Source: Tubiluchus corallicola (lineage: Eukaryota; Animalia; Priapulida). From it: DNA of 64,000 nucleotides. Shown here piece by piece: positions 27,201 through 40,449 of this stretch. The stretch covers positions 124,001 to 188,000 of the forward strand of contig JAQGDQ010000110.1 of the NCBI GenBank assembly GCA_030141605.1, read 5' to 3'. Position 1 is the first letter of the stretch. The number at the start of each line of letters is the position of its first letter. The notes under the pieces were generated by a model. The model was given only the letters and a program-made list of their open reading frames with translations, did no database searches and was not told where the DNA came from. A program made the translations under genes and the position numbers.

Positions 27201-30200
27201 TGTTTTTCGTTGCCTTAATTGTGCAGGTTAGTACAAACAACATTGTGACGTTTTTTTAATCTCAATTAACAAGGTCAATAACGTTTTGATAATTTAATGT
27301 CATAACGGATGTCCACTCAACTTCATTTAAACTCTTGAATACTACCTGCTAATGCAATGACTCCTATTATGTGCTATGCAGAGCAAGTAACGTACTTGAA
27401 GTAGTTATTACTAGAGTTAGAAATAAATAGTTTGAATAGTTTTTCACATCTTATAAAATTAATATTTATTATTGATGCTAAACTTTTCTTTCTCATGTCA
27501 GAGAACATTTTTCTTATACAACAAACATTGTAAATGTGAGGGGTGGCGCCCAACCAAGTGTATAGTAATGCCTTAATATTTACAGACATGCAAACACAGT
27601 AAGCAAGCTAGATCAGTATATACTAGCTATTGCTTGGTTACACGTTGGAATGTGATAGAAAGATGCATCAACCCAAAGAGAACAGACGTGCACTGAAGTG
27701 CCCTAGAATGTTAATCCTTCATGTTTTAAAGGATAATAAACACTGTTCATAAGTAAAGATAAAAAAATTGTCTTGCAATTTTATATCATTTGCATGCTGT
27801 ATTGCTGCATACAGAACTTGTGTTTGCAGTAATGCTGTATAAAACTTGCAAATTCAAACTCTGCGACAACTGACATGAGTAGCCATTTAATGATAAGTCA
27901 TCTGAAAAAGGTTTAGATAACATTGCGTAAAGTTTGAAAAAATAATCAGAGCATTTATGGCACATTCTTCAATAACTAAGTAAAAGTTTAAATTACTTTA
28001 TATTGTTAATAAGATCAATGTGTTTTGGTGAATCAGTGGTGCACATTGGGATGGCAATGCAGTGCCAATTTATACCAGGTGGCATGAATATTTTATATTA
28101 TTAAGACTTTATTTCAATTACATAAGTCTCAATAACAGATAAGTGTAATGCCAAGTAATATAACTTTGTATGGAAAGTTTTTTGTGCCACCCTTCTTCTT
28201 TAATGAAACGTGACGTGAATTCATGTGCTGGAATATGATGCTATTCTTAATCACTGAATTGTTCACCTGCTTTTATAGTTGTTTTAATTAAGGTGGTTAA
28301 TTAACAGACTTCATATAATGATAGCCATCAGCTGAATGATGGACTTTGTTTCAAAAGTTACATGTTGAATTGATCAGCTTGTAAGTGTTAGACCTATCAA
28401 TTAACACTCACACATTAGTCATGTGTCACATGTATTTCAAGTCTTTCACACGTCTTACATACATCAAATTTCAATTCTCGTGCGTTCTTCGGATTCACAC
28501 ACAAGTTTGTAAAATCATCTGGCTTCTTTCATCATCACTACCAACTACAACACAATCAGTAGTACAGTGTACTATTATCGATAATGCAGTAATATTCTCA
28601 TGATACATACCAAGCTAAAGGGTATCGAAATAAAAATGATTCAATTTTAAGTGTTCTAGAGCTTTTTCATGTATGCAAAAGAACACAAAAAGCATATTGA
28701 ATTTCAATAATAAGTCGGCAGTACCTAAAATTTGCTTTAGCAATTTGTGTTCCAAAAGTGCAAATAATTTCTGGGGCATTACCTGCGGAGACGGTCCCCC
28801 TTTCTACATTTCATTTTTACACAGAATAGGCTAGCTGGCAGGTCTGTAGCTGGGTGTCTGTTGATTTATAAGGACAGAAGACATTTTTGACTTGGTGACA
28901 AAATATAAATGATTAAGAAAAGCTAGGCAGCATGTTTAACACTCTGTGATAATAACTAAATAAAATTACTAACAATGTTACCAGATTGTATTGTTTAATA
29001 TATTGTTGCTGCTTGCATTACTGAGGTTTTGTTTTGTTTCGTTTTGATATTTTTCCAAAAATCTGAGGGCTCAATAATAAACCAACAGCAGTCAGAACTC
29101 TGCATGTTAACAAAAATAAAATTATTTTCAAGGAATAAGCAGCATTTGGCTGATCTGATACATGATGGGAAAGCAGCATTTCATAGATTTATTAGTAGCA
29201 TTTAGTAAACAACAAACTGGAGAATTTTGTAACAATAATGATCTTCTAACTTGATCATGTATTACTAGACAGTATATAGTAAACTTTTTCATAGCTTTAA
29301 AGGCCTCTGTGGACTATATTAAAGTTAACTGCAGAGTTGTGGTAATTTCTCCACCTTGTATTATATTTTATGATCCACAGATGTATGACTCATATGAGTT
29401 CAACTGTACTCTAGTGTTTAGGTACTGAAATAATTTTACCAGCATAATTTTTTTTGAGAAGCTTCACTGTGTCTTCAGCATTATCAAGTGTAACATCTAC
29501 CACGGCAACATTTGCTCCATCTCTTGCTAATGCTACGCAAGCAGCTCGACCAATACCACTTCCGCCACCTGAAAGTATGGAAGTACAGTAAGTCCTCATT
29601 TAACAACCCTAACGCATTCCAACAAAATGCGACGTTAAGCAAAACGTAGCAAAACGAAGCCGAGGCTTCCATAAAAAGTAATGAAAAAGAATTGAGATAC
29701 ATTCCAGAGACAAAAATCAGTACTGCTATAATCATATAGGTTAAACATTCTATGAGTTTTATTCATATTTCTACTGATTAATGTCTTCCTGTTGTCTGAA
29801 ACCACATATATATTTAACTTACCAATACCTATTTCTCTTTCATTAACATAAGCCTAGTCAGCGCTTGAACAATAAACACTCAAGCCCTGGAGAAACCTTG
29901 AGAATGTTACCTATGTACTTAGGTTGCAGGCAAAATTGCTCGATGCACACAACTAGTAATACAGTAGTAGCGTTAGTAATCAGTCGGATAGCAACAACAT
30001 ATAATAATAACATTGTTTATATTAGTGGTGCATTTTGGAACAGAATAATGCCACAGATGCTGTTTTAGTGCACCAAATTAGGTAAAAATTTCGGCTGATC
30101 AAATAAAAATTTGTCTTGAACGAAGTAAAACAATCGTCGTTAAAGCGAAACATCGTTAAACAGGGAGTCGATAAGGGAGGACTTACTGTACATTACTTCA

Positions 30201-31650
30201 TTTCATACAGCCAATATTGCCCTTGTCAAAAGAAGTAGAACAAACTGCATTAAACTATATTAGCACAAAGATGTTTTTTGTATCAGCAAGCCATCTTCTG
30301 ATCAAAAGTGGTATTAATGAGTACCAATTTATTTAGTTGTGCAATATCCAAACAATATTCTAAATTGCTGTTTATTTCACCTTTTCCAAATTTGCCAGTA
30401 ATGTCTGGATAACAATTATACCTTAAACTAGTTTTTGCATTAAAATTGCCTGCTACTGTTAGAATATCAAGATCGCATACTGTCAGTGTGATACTGTCTA
30501 AGTCACTGTTGAACGTACTGCAGGATTTTTCTCACTAGATAATTGCATAGGCAAACATAACTGAACATTATTGGTTATTGATCATTATCTTAATCATGCA
30601 AATCCATTCAGACAAATGCTGAAATTTGAATTTATGCTCCTGTTTGGTAAAATCCCAACACCACTAACCCTACAATAAATGAAGCCTGTATAATAAAGAT
30701 TATAGCTTTTCCCAGTTTTTGATGATTATTCTGCTGACAGATTTCTTGTACTGACAGTTTATCTAATTTATAAGACTACATATCATCAGCTAGATAGGTG
30801 CGCAGTAAAAGTGGCACAGGTAAGAATGGTGCAGGAAAAAAGTGGCACTGTGAGCCATTTTACATACTGTTGTGTTTTGTTTCTCTCGGAAGGCTCTGTA
30901 GAGAAAACCAGAAAACATGTCAAATTAAACTAGTTTATTAAGGGAGAATTCTACAACACAAAAGTATGAAGGAACGCGAAATGTTTACAGTAAACGTGAA
31001 AATCTGGAAAACGTTTGTGTGTATCTGAAAATACAAGAGAATGTGCAAGTGAGCATTCGTGCAAATCTGCGTGTGTTTTAGCGGCCAGCTTTGCCTTATA
31101 TATAAATGCCAGGGAATATTCTAGAAGTTTCTTTCTAGAACATTCTACTAGGTAAGACGATTATTCTATTATGCTATGGAACATTCTACAATGTTCTATT
31201 TAATTCTAATAGATGCCAGCGATCTCCACAACACATACATTCCAGCTAGATAACCTACACAAGTTTTCTTTTTCAGGGCAGCCATAATAATTTATTAAGA
31301 AACTTTATTATGTGCATGCTTGTTTTCTTGTAATTTTGTATTTTCACAATTTATATACATACATATACATCCTGTTATTGTAGACGAAATGAAAAGTAGA
31401 ATTCTCCAATAAAATTTAAAGGTTATGGAGTATAGACATTTCTCGCTAAAGGGATTTTATTTTTAATTAGTTGCGCGAGTCACCAACAACTGCCAATAAA
31501 ACCAGCAATGTATCAATTGCCAATAAATCTTCAAATTGAAAAAACATTACTTTTTAATTCGATATCAAGCTCAGCCAAAGCAGTCGCGAATGAATTACCT
31601 GTGACAACAGCAAGCCGACCGGCTAACGCATTCGTGAAGGCGGCTGACAT
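24217..31650 (-). CDS. HSD17B8: (3R)-3-hydroxyacyl-CoA dehydrogenase / 17-beta-HSD8 short-chain dehydrogenase; exons 31650-31599, 29568-29440, 26989-26790, 25000-24691, 24308-24217
   Basis: AVVTGGGSGIG Rossmann motif, NAAGIT, VNLKGT, NISS, catalytic YAASK, C-terminal EVTGGMAM (human EVTGGLFM); all introns GT-AG and in phase. Confidence 0.9.
29586..30188. mobile_element. Tc1/mariner-pogo (Tigger-like) MITE in HSD17B8 intron 1
   Basis: TA|CAGTAAGTCCTC ... GAGGACTTACTG|TA, perfect 12-bp TIR with TA duplication. Confidence 0.85.
30868..31233 (-). mobile_element. Solo LTR (366 bp) in HSD17B8 intron 1
   Basis: TGTTGTG...CACAACA inverted termini, exact 5-bp target duplication CATAC (30863-30867 and 31234-31238); TATA-like run near 31097 and minus-strand AATAAA near 30934 give the orientation. 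Confidence 0.8.
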
Positions 31651-34448
31651 TTTCACATTTGCCTTTACTCAGAGAAATCTTAGAAGAAGAACGCATACAG
31701 CTACTCAATTATCGTTGCATTATTTTTCCGTAAGTGCACCATGCAGACGGAGGTCATCATCAAACGACCGAGTTTTTTAGTTCGAATTCGATTCGAACTT
31801 AAAATTGTAGATTCGAATAATTTAACGCTTTAAGTAAATACGTTTTTATCCTTAAAACGTTTGAAACATCATGCAATCAGCACAATATAGCTGTGATTTC
31901 TGTGCACAATTCTTAAACAAATTATTAATGTTCTTACTGCAGAATAAATTCAGGTAATACACTATCTGCGCCGTTTTATACTAATATTATTGGCGCCAAC
32001 TCTGCCAGTCTTAAAAACGCAAATCTTTTATGCTTTTTGAAGGGCAGAGGTCTTCTGCAGTAATACTGCTTTCTTGAATTTCTTCCCTGGGATCTCTCCT
32101 TCCCAGAGCGAGAGAGAGAGAACCGCAGACAATTATTTAAAATCAAACGAAAGTTTAAACCTTTAGATTCATGACAGTAAACCGTTGTTTACTCGAGATC
32201 TTAGGTTCACAACTTCGCAATAGAATTTTTTATGGCAATTAGGACCAAGGCGTGGCGACAGCTTAAAATTAAATTATTGTTTTGCCTTCTACGAGTAGAA
32301 ACGCCTGGAGGAGGCCGCACGGATTCTGAAATGCAACGTGAACGTGAATATTCCTCGTGTGAAAGTATGTATTCCCTCATGACACTAGCCGAAGTAAGAT
32401 AATTTGGCACCCGTAAGGAACGACACTGCGCATGTGTAACTCTCGCTGTATTTCATGTGGGCAAGTAAAGTGGTACGCGGTAACGGAGAAACTGGGGTAT
32501 TGGCTGAAGCATCTGTTATTTTTTAATGTTAAGCTCAGTTCGTACCTTTGTCCCTCACTTGCATGCAATACTCGCACTGTTCATAGTGCTGTGCTTGCTG
32601 GGGCCTTCGGTTGTCTACTTTACTACCTCTCAATAAGCTCTATTTGACGTGACATCATAGCATTGAGTGTCATGGCAGGCGGCAATATTTGCTGCAGGGC
32701 CAACGGCGCACAATTTAAGTAGTAATATAATTAAAAGTACGCATCATAACTGTCTTAAAAGTTAAGAGATAAATAATTCCTCTTACGCTATAAAAGGAAA
32801 TAACATGAAATATAGTGTTATAGGACTTTTAAAGTTGTTTAACCCTTAAGTCCATATAACATTAGATGCACCATGAGTGCTTTCCACGGCGCTATTACAC
32901 TTTCGCATCGCCTACCTTTTTCTAGGTTATTACTCGTTTCTAGGCGCGTACGTCATTATTCTATTATTCTTACGTCATCAGTGAATGTTTCCGCTAATCT
33001 AGTTGTAATTTAATCATATATTTAGGTATAATTACGCTGTATTCACAGTTCTACACCTATACAGGTTGCATCGCCATCTTGTTTGTGTGTGTAGTCACGT
33101 GACGAATTTCGTACTAGTTTATGCATTATCAGGGCCTAGCTTAAAAGCACGTGACACACTTTCATCTTCACCGCATTTACGAAATAAAGAAAAAACCTTT
33201 ACTTTTTTATAATCTTATACTATAGTAATAATACTACAGTAATAAATAAAATTAATGATAAATAACTGTTCCGTTCCAGGCCCACCCGCGATACATAACA
33301 AACTCCCGTAGCTGCAACCCTAATAATCATAAATTATGCCAAGAAACTAAAAATACATGTTAAGGGCCACATCGTCACTGTGCGAGAACGATTGCGCATT
33401 AGTGGTGTAAACACAGTTATGCACGTGGAGCTTTTTGCATTATGGCGGCGATAAGTAATGTATGATTTTAATCTGGAATTATAAAGCGTAAAAAGCACTA
33501 ATATTATGGGAATATGGTGTATATTACGCCTGTTGGTCTGCTTTTTGGCCTGCAGGCGTGAAAAGAACCAATAGGCCAGGAAAAGCTAGGCGGGGCGAAA
33601 GTGTAATAGCGCCGCTTTCCACTAATGTTTTTGACTTACATCTGATTTTGTTTTTTGTCTTACACTCTATTTGTTTTCCAACTCTGGTTATGACAAAATG
33701 TTTCAAGCTATTTGATTTATTGAAAAAAGTCGTTTGGTCTCTCAATTTTAATCACAATGCAGGAAAAGAAACAAACAAATTCTTTCCCCTGTGGTTGCAC
33801 AACAGTTGAAAGCTCTGTTACTGATGAAGCATTCAATGCAGGAACGCTTGTACCAGGTAGCAGTGTCATAGTAGAATTTGTGCCTGCTTAATTTACCAGC
33901 AAAGTTCTTTTGCCAATGATATGCTATATTTGTTTTGCATAGTTTTATAACAATAATATAGCCAAAACGTTTGTCTCTATACAATAGCTGCACAGCGGCA
34001 TGCAATCACACTTGAGCATATAAATTAGATGTAATGATGGCAGCCAGGAGGTCCATAGTTCAATGCTGGATTATTTCTGTCTTGTACTCTACAGCGAGCA
34101 TAATGACAACGTAAAATGCGAACTGAATCCAGCAAATTTATAGAAAGATTCTGCCAGACTCCACTATTTACAAATGCCAGTATACATTGGTTTTGTAAGG
34201 GGCAAATTACAAGTGGGGTAAAATAAACAGCATTTGTCAAAGAGAACTGTTGACATTGTAAACTCAATCTGACAGACAAGCACAATCTTATAATTTTAAC
34301 TAAGCACTAAATTTTATTACCAATCCAAGAATCCAAGTTAGTATTCAGAGAATTATTAACTAAGACATTTGTGAATTTATATACCGTCTCGTATTAAAGG
34401 TTTTTTGGTTTTTTTGGAATAACATAAACTTTGGCTTGACAGAGAGTA

Positions 34449-34453
<5 letters not shown>

Positions 34454-34490
<37 letters not shown>
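34454..34490. repeat. (TA)n microsatellite
   Basis: Uninterrupted TA run. Confidence 0.9.
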
Positions 34491-34495
<5 letters not shown>

Positions 34496-34522
34496 TGTAT
34501 ATGTAATGCATATTGTGTATAT

Positions 34523-35987
34523 CTAACTGGTGTAGACACATTTAACCAAAATTTCACGAATTCTCATTTTAATGAAATACAACATTGAGAAACATCTAAC
34601 TATATAATTTTTCATAGTTATGTCATGTTTTGGAGTTGTACTTCGTACAGATGTTACACAGCCCTTTTTCTTGAGGCATTTTGATTTTTTATAATAATAC
34701 TTTACACGTTCAATCCAATTCAAATAATGAGAAATTTTGACAGCAACGTTCACATTCTCATGCCTCCATTGAGGGTCATCGTCGTCTTTTGACTCATCTG
34801 GTATTGCAAGAGAGCAATAAACACCAAACACTACACCCGTTCTTTTCAGCACCATTGGACCACCTGAATCACCCTGTAGGTAGACAAAAGTATGATAAAT
34901 GATACAATACCACCTGACGAGTTATTTACGTCATTTGACTTTTGTTAATCATCTACAAAACTACAGAAAAATCTTTTTCTCAGACTCAAAATATAAGTTT
35001 GCTGTACCTGTTATGTGTTTAAAATATTTGTATGCTAACATCCAAAGAATAAAGAGGAAGAAAGTGAAATGCAAATAAGAAAAGGAAGGATAAACATAGA
35101 GGGGGAGAAAGACAGAGAGTGCGAGAATGAAAGGAATTTGACGAAAGTTGAACCATGACTGAAATGTAGCGAGCAGCAATGTAAAAATCAAGACAATCAA
35201 ATCTTGCTGAGTTTTGCTAATCATTTAAAAGTGCTGTAAAAAAGCTTGAATTAGTAAGTAACCCAATGCTTCGGGTTCTCAACTGTAGATTTATAAGATG
35301 ATGTTCAGATCAATTTTGGTCTGTGAAAATGTTGTGGAAGTCTTCTGAAAAAGTTTACTTAAAACGCATTGTGGAACAGTATGCTGGAAAAACATCATAC
35401 ATTAATTGTTCAACTTAAACTGTTGAACTGTTGAAACTGTTGAACTTAAGAGTGGAAAATCAGAAGTAAAAATTACTTTTCAGTAATGCACGAATATTAT
35501 TTTAACTCCACGAATGTTAACTCCAACTGATTCTGAACTTGTTTTGTTTACGAATCGTTTTGAATTTTCGTTCTGGAGTTTAATTTTAGAGGTAGAAAGG
35601 CTAACAATAATTTAATTAATTAAATTAAATTAATAACAAATTATCATCAAACATTTATTTCATTTATCGCAACCATTCAAGGCGTAAGAATTGAGAAACA
35701 AAGTATCAATAGGCCTTAATTTTTAACAAAGGCTTATTTTAGCCATCATTAGATGCAAACCCAGAATATGTATATAATTTTGAATTTGAGATGCTGCTGT
35801 AGTTGAAAACGTTCTACTGATTGTTTTAAAATACGTGAAAAGTTGTGCTTCTTGTTTATACTTACCGAAGTTGTATAGCGCGATCGATGACGTGCGCAGA
35901 TAAAAATTGTTCTATTGTATGGCGGGCACTCACCTTTAAAACTTATTATGAAATCTGCCTTCTGCAGATGTTGAGTTATCGGATAGT
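34523..35987 (-). CDS. Trypsin-like (S1A) serine protease, last two exons (35987-35866 and 34873-34523); 5' exons not found, possibly a truncated pseudogene
   Basis: ..QHLQKADF..CPPYNRTIFICARHRSRYTTS | GDSGGPMV..GVVFGV..VKISHYLNWIE, with the typical phase-0 intron just before GDSGGP. Confidence 0.7.
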
Positions 35988-36406
35988 CTGCAAATTATAA
36001 AGTTGCTATGAAATATACAAACGAGGTGTCACAAAAAACACTATAGCGCATAGTCCCAAACTAGTAAAAGACAATGTTCCTGGCGTAAAGATGCCGTAGG
36101 GAATGAAAGCAGCCCATGTAAATGTTCCCTGACATAAAGGCCTACCTTGATATTTGTATAAAGATGCAACAAACTTATTTTAATCAAGTTTGCCTATTCA
36201 CTTTTCTGTTACATGAATCTACCATCGACTTCTACATTTTTTTTGTTGGAAACAAAAATGCTGTTGACGCAATAGGTTTTCTTTGATGATAGTAATACAC
36301 CATAAAATCACAAATAAACCAGAGCTTGTAAACAATGTAATAGTAACAAAGTCGAAGATGAATTAGACATGATGCTCATCTGCCGTAAATATGAACATAG
36401 TAGACA

Positions 36407-36982
36407 TGTGACGGCCCCATTGATCAATGGTGCTTCACTCCGATACTGGCATCAGTTTGAGTTATATTTGCCCTTGCACCACTATTGCTATTACTGTTAT
36501 TGCTCGTAACTACCTCATAGTAGCCTACTGTTTATAACTATTGTTATTACTATTATTGCTCGTAGTTACCTCATAGTAGCCTACTGTTTATAGCTACCTT
36601 GTTTGAGCATAGACAGTAATACGTATTTAGTTTGTTCTAGCTCTTCACCCTTTACAGTGGTAATCGCTTATTCTATGAAGCACTTGCTTGACGCTGACCT
36701 ATTTTCTGATCGCCGTTACCTGTGTGGAAATAGACAGGCAGTATGGGCTATGCGACAAACAGTTACATACACTCCAAAAGTAGTTGATATGCTTTCACCT
36801 TTTAACTAGCCCAGACAAACGTAGAACGATTATCAGCAGCTTGATGCTTTGAATCTTTATTGTTCCAAACTACACTAATGAATAAAGCGCTAGTTGCAGT
36901 GTAATTGTTATGGAGGAACGTGGTACACCCACTGTGAGATGATGATTAGTGGCCGTATTTGATGGACTGGTAGATAACCACA
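36407..36982 (+). mobile_element. LTR-like sequence (about 576 bp) at the left edge of the gypsy complex
   Basis: TGTG...CACA termini, internal 56-bp tandem duplication (36481/36537), AATAAA 36881, PBS-like TGGTGAGACC at 36985, then pol sequence almost immediately. No second copy in the window. Confidence 0.5.
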
Positions 36983-37000
36983 CCTGGTGAGACCATCGTC

Positions 37001-39900
37001 GTGGTGGAAGTTGGCCACGTTTTATCTGAACAAGGAGTTGCTACAGATCCGGCCAAGGTCTCAGCAATTAAGAACGTTTCACCTCCTACGGACATTAAGA
37101 AGTTAAGAACCTTTTTAGGTTTAGCTACGTATTACCATAAATTTGTCAAAAATTTTGCGATAATAGCCGAACCATTACTAATGTTATTAAGAAAAGAAAA
37201 TTCATTTCAATGGACGCATTTACAACAAGAGGCCTTTGACAAACTAAAAACAGTTTTAAACGGAAACCCCAGTTTTGAAATACCCCGAGGTTAATGAAGG
37301 CTATATTGTTCACACTGATAGTTCGAATTTCGGTATAGGTGCTGTTCTTTCCCAGAAGGATTTTAATGGACACCCACGCGTGATTGCGTATATGTCCGAA
37401 ACCCTGAACCGTTCCCAACGTTTATAGCCTACATTTCAAAAGGAAGCGTATGCCATTGTGGCTAGCTTTAGAAAGTTTAAAACATATTTATATAATGCGC
37501 CAAATATAGAAGTCTATACAGACCATGCACCGTTAATTTACTTGTTTACAGCGGCTAGATTAAGGAATCAATTACTGTCTCGATGGGTGGTTGAGCTATT
37601 ACAGTATAACATTAATATTCATTATCAAAAGGGCACAACTAATACAGCTGCTGATGCGTTAAGTCGATTACCAGCGTGTCCAGATTTTGCGGGAGCACTC
37701 CCCATCTCCTTTAGGGATTTTCAACGACAGTTTGTACAATATAATTCGCCTGAAAGATTAGCACAGAAATATAAATATTTAGTTGACCAAAAATCTACTT
37801 CGGAGAGGCGGAAAGGTATTAAAAGTGCAGAGATTATTGCTCAAATTAGCCTACAAATGTTACGTCAAACTGAACAAGAAAATAATTCGAATCAGACAAT
37901 AACCAAAGAGATTTTACCTATAGAGGAAAATGTCTTAGAGGAAAACATTTGGACAGGTGAAGACCCATTGCTAAACAGACTAGAAGTTGAACCAGTTGAA
38001 AATGAAAATACTTCATTTCAAATTCCGTTACCATCACAGGAAACCTCATCAGACCACCCAGCCACTCAATTAGAAGAAAATTCAAAAGAAGATGACCTAG
38101 ACGAATTTGATGCACTACCTTTAGACTTAACAATAGTGCAACAATGGCAGTTATCTGACCCCAAATTAGCACCAATCATTCATGCTTTAACTTCACCTAC
38201 ACAAACCAGCGCCCAAGCAAAACATGCAGAAAATTTTTATATTGACGAACAGGGATTATTGTATAAAGTCCAAAATGATTCTGTCAATCTGGAACAAGAA
38301 AATTTACGTTTAGCTATCCCAGCTAAATTAACAAGTATCCTAATTAGAGGGTTTCATGATGAGTTTGCTGGCCATGCCTCGGTACAAAGAACCTACGACC
38401 GTCTTAAGAAACGATACTATTGGCCCGGCATGTTTGTACAAATTAAGAAACATGTAGACCAGTGTTTGAATTGTCAACACGTCGTTTGCGACCGCATCGT
38501 AAACCTTTAGGTGTCACAGAATTAGCCACTAAACCGTTTGAACATGTCTACCTGGACATATTAATGCTACCACAGACAGAATCTGGTTACAGATACTTAC
38601 TAGTATTAATAGACCAATTAAGCAGTTGGATTGAAGCCTTCCCACTAGTTGATAAATCAGCTAATTCGGTTGCTAATATAATCCTTACGGAATATTTTTC
38701 TCACCACGGGGCAAGTAAGACCTTTTTTAGCGATCAAGGGACTGAGTTCAACAACCAACTTTTAAGAGCCTTATTAAAAGAATTTAGGGTAGTCCACGTT
38801 TTAGGAACTGCCTATCCTTCTAACTCCCAAGGGCAAGTTGAGCGGGCCAATAGAACAATAATTCAACAGTTGTCATATGTTTGTCAACAAAAGTCGAGAG
38901 ATTGGATCGAGTATTTGCCTCATGTCTTGTTTGCCTTGAGAACAATGCCAAATTCAACAGGCTATAGTCCGTTTTTCTTAATATACAACCGACACTGTGA
39001 CTTACCGCTTGATAACATTCTCCAACTCAGATCTAAATATTACGGCTCTGATCCAGTTAGGCTAGATCTAAACCGATTACACGAAGCTTTTCTGCACACC
39101 AGACAGCTCATGCATAAGAATCGCCTAGCTCATAAAAAACGCTATGATAGAACCACGCATACACCCCATTTCAAAGTCGGCGACCCGGTATTTTTACGTA
39201 AAGTCAATTTAGACCCTGCTGAAAGTCATAAATTACAGCGACCTTGGTCTCCATTTTATTTAATTGTCAATAAAATTGATGAATCTCGTTTTAGAATTGT
39301 TCATAATACTACAGGTAAATTCAAAATATTCCACCCGGATCGTTTAAGAAAAGCCAATTTACCTTGTAATCAATGGCTATTACCAACAGGCGTATCGTCA
39401 CATTCAAAATTAGCTGCAAAATCCGCCAGACCAAAATGTAAGTCGACATTGCACTATGTCCCCCCATCAATGTCGGACAATGACTCTAATAGTTTACTTA
39501 ATGAAACACAACCTATCCCAGTTCTGCCACCAAATTCACAATCTGTAAACAAAAATTTATTAGAACCTGACATCATAATTTCTGAATCCCCGCCCCCCCC
39601 CCCCCCAATTTAGACATATACGAAAACGAACCTCAATCTAATATTTCTTCTAGCTCATCAAATTCGACCCTAGACTCCATGCCACATTTAGAATGAATGG
39701 AAGATTCAAATGAAACGCAAAATCTACTTCAAACCGACAAGGAACTTCAAATTGACAGTGAAATTCCCCCAATCATTAATCGCTCAATAAAACATTCATC
39801 AGATGCCGACACGCCTGTTAAGCGTGCTAGAATTAATTTAATTAAATTGCAAAAATCGGGGATTTTAAAAACATTGCGCCATAAATTTTGCAAACAATAA
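37001..39900 (+). pseudogene. Gypsy pol pseudogene (RT C-terminus, RNase H, integrase)
   Basis: GHVLSEQGVATDPAKV, LRTFLGLATYY, HTDSSNFGIGAVL, VYTDHAPL, ADALSR; integrase HHCC (HDEFAGH...CLNCQ), D-D-E (VYLDIL, FSDQGTEF, GQVERANR); frameshifts near 37270, 38480 and 39600 and a stop near 37425. Confidence 0.9.
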
Positions 39901-40449
39901 ATTCCTACGACATTATGATTATATACCACTAACATTACAATTATAATATAAGGTCCGATTTTTGTGTTATAAAGCACTAGGGATATCACTTATATATCAC
40001 CAATATATATATGTATTTATTCTCATATAATTTTATGGACCATGACGTAACAGGCCATTAATAAGGCAAGTATAATTTTGATTTATACTGAAACTGTTTA
40101 GAGTATGGTAATAATCTTCGATTTCCCGGGAACCTTCTTGTTTGTAACGTTTAGACATATCAGACGAGACAGTTATGCATTATCGATGATTTCCATACAA
40201 ATGCTTTTATTAAAACAGTCAATAAGCGTACCATCTTCGGCAACGAACTTATTCAGTAAGTAAAAATAGTTTCCTTACTCCCTCGCCATAAACCTGAAGC
40301 CGTACTAAAAGCTCGAATTTCATGACTTGATTGTTAGACTTTCGTGATTTATGACCAAAGACTTCAAGTCTTAGAATGATTCAGCTTTCTGCGCCTCCAA
40401 ATATACAAGCGGACATAAGACTCTTAATTTAAGTACATGGGATGCTGAC

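Noticed and set aside
32839-33366. Possible piggyBac-type MITE (TTAACCCTTAA ... TTAAGGG)
   Set aside because: Inverted match is only 7 bp and the right-hand TTAA target is missing.
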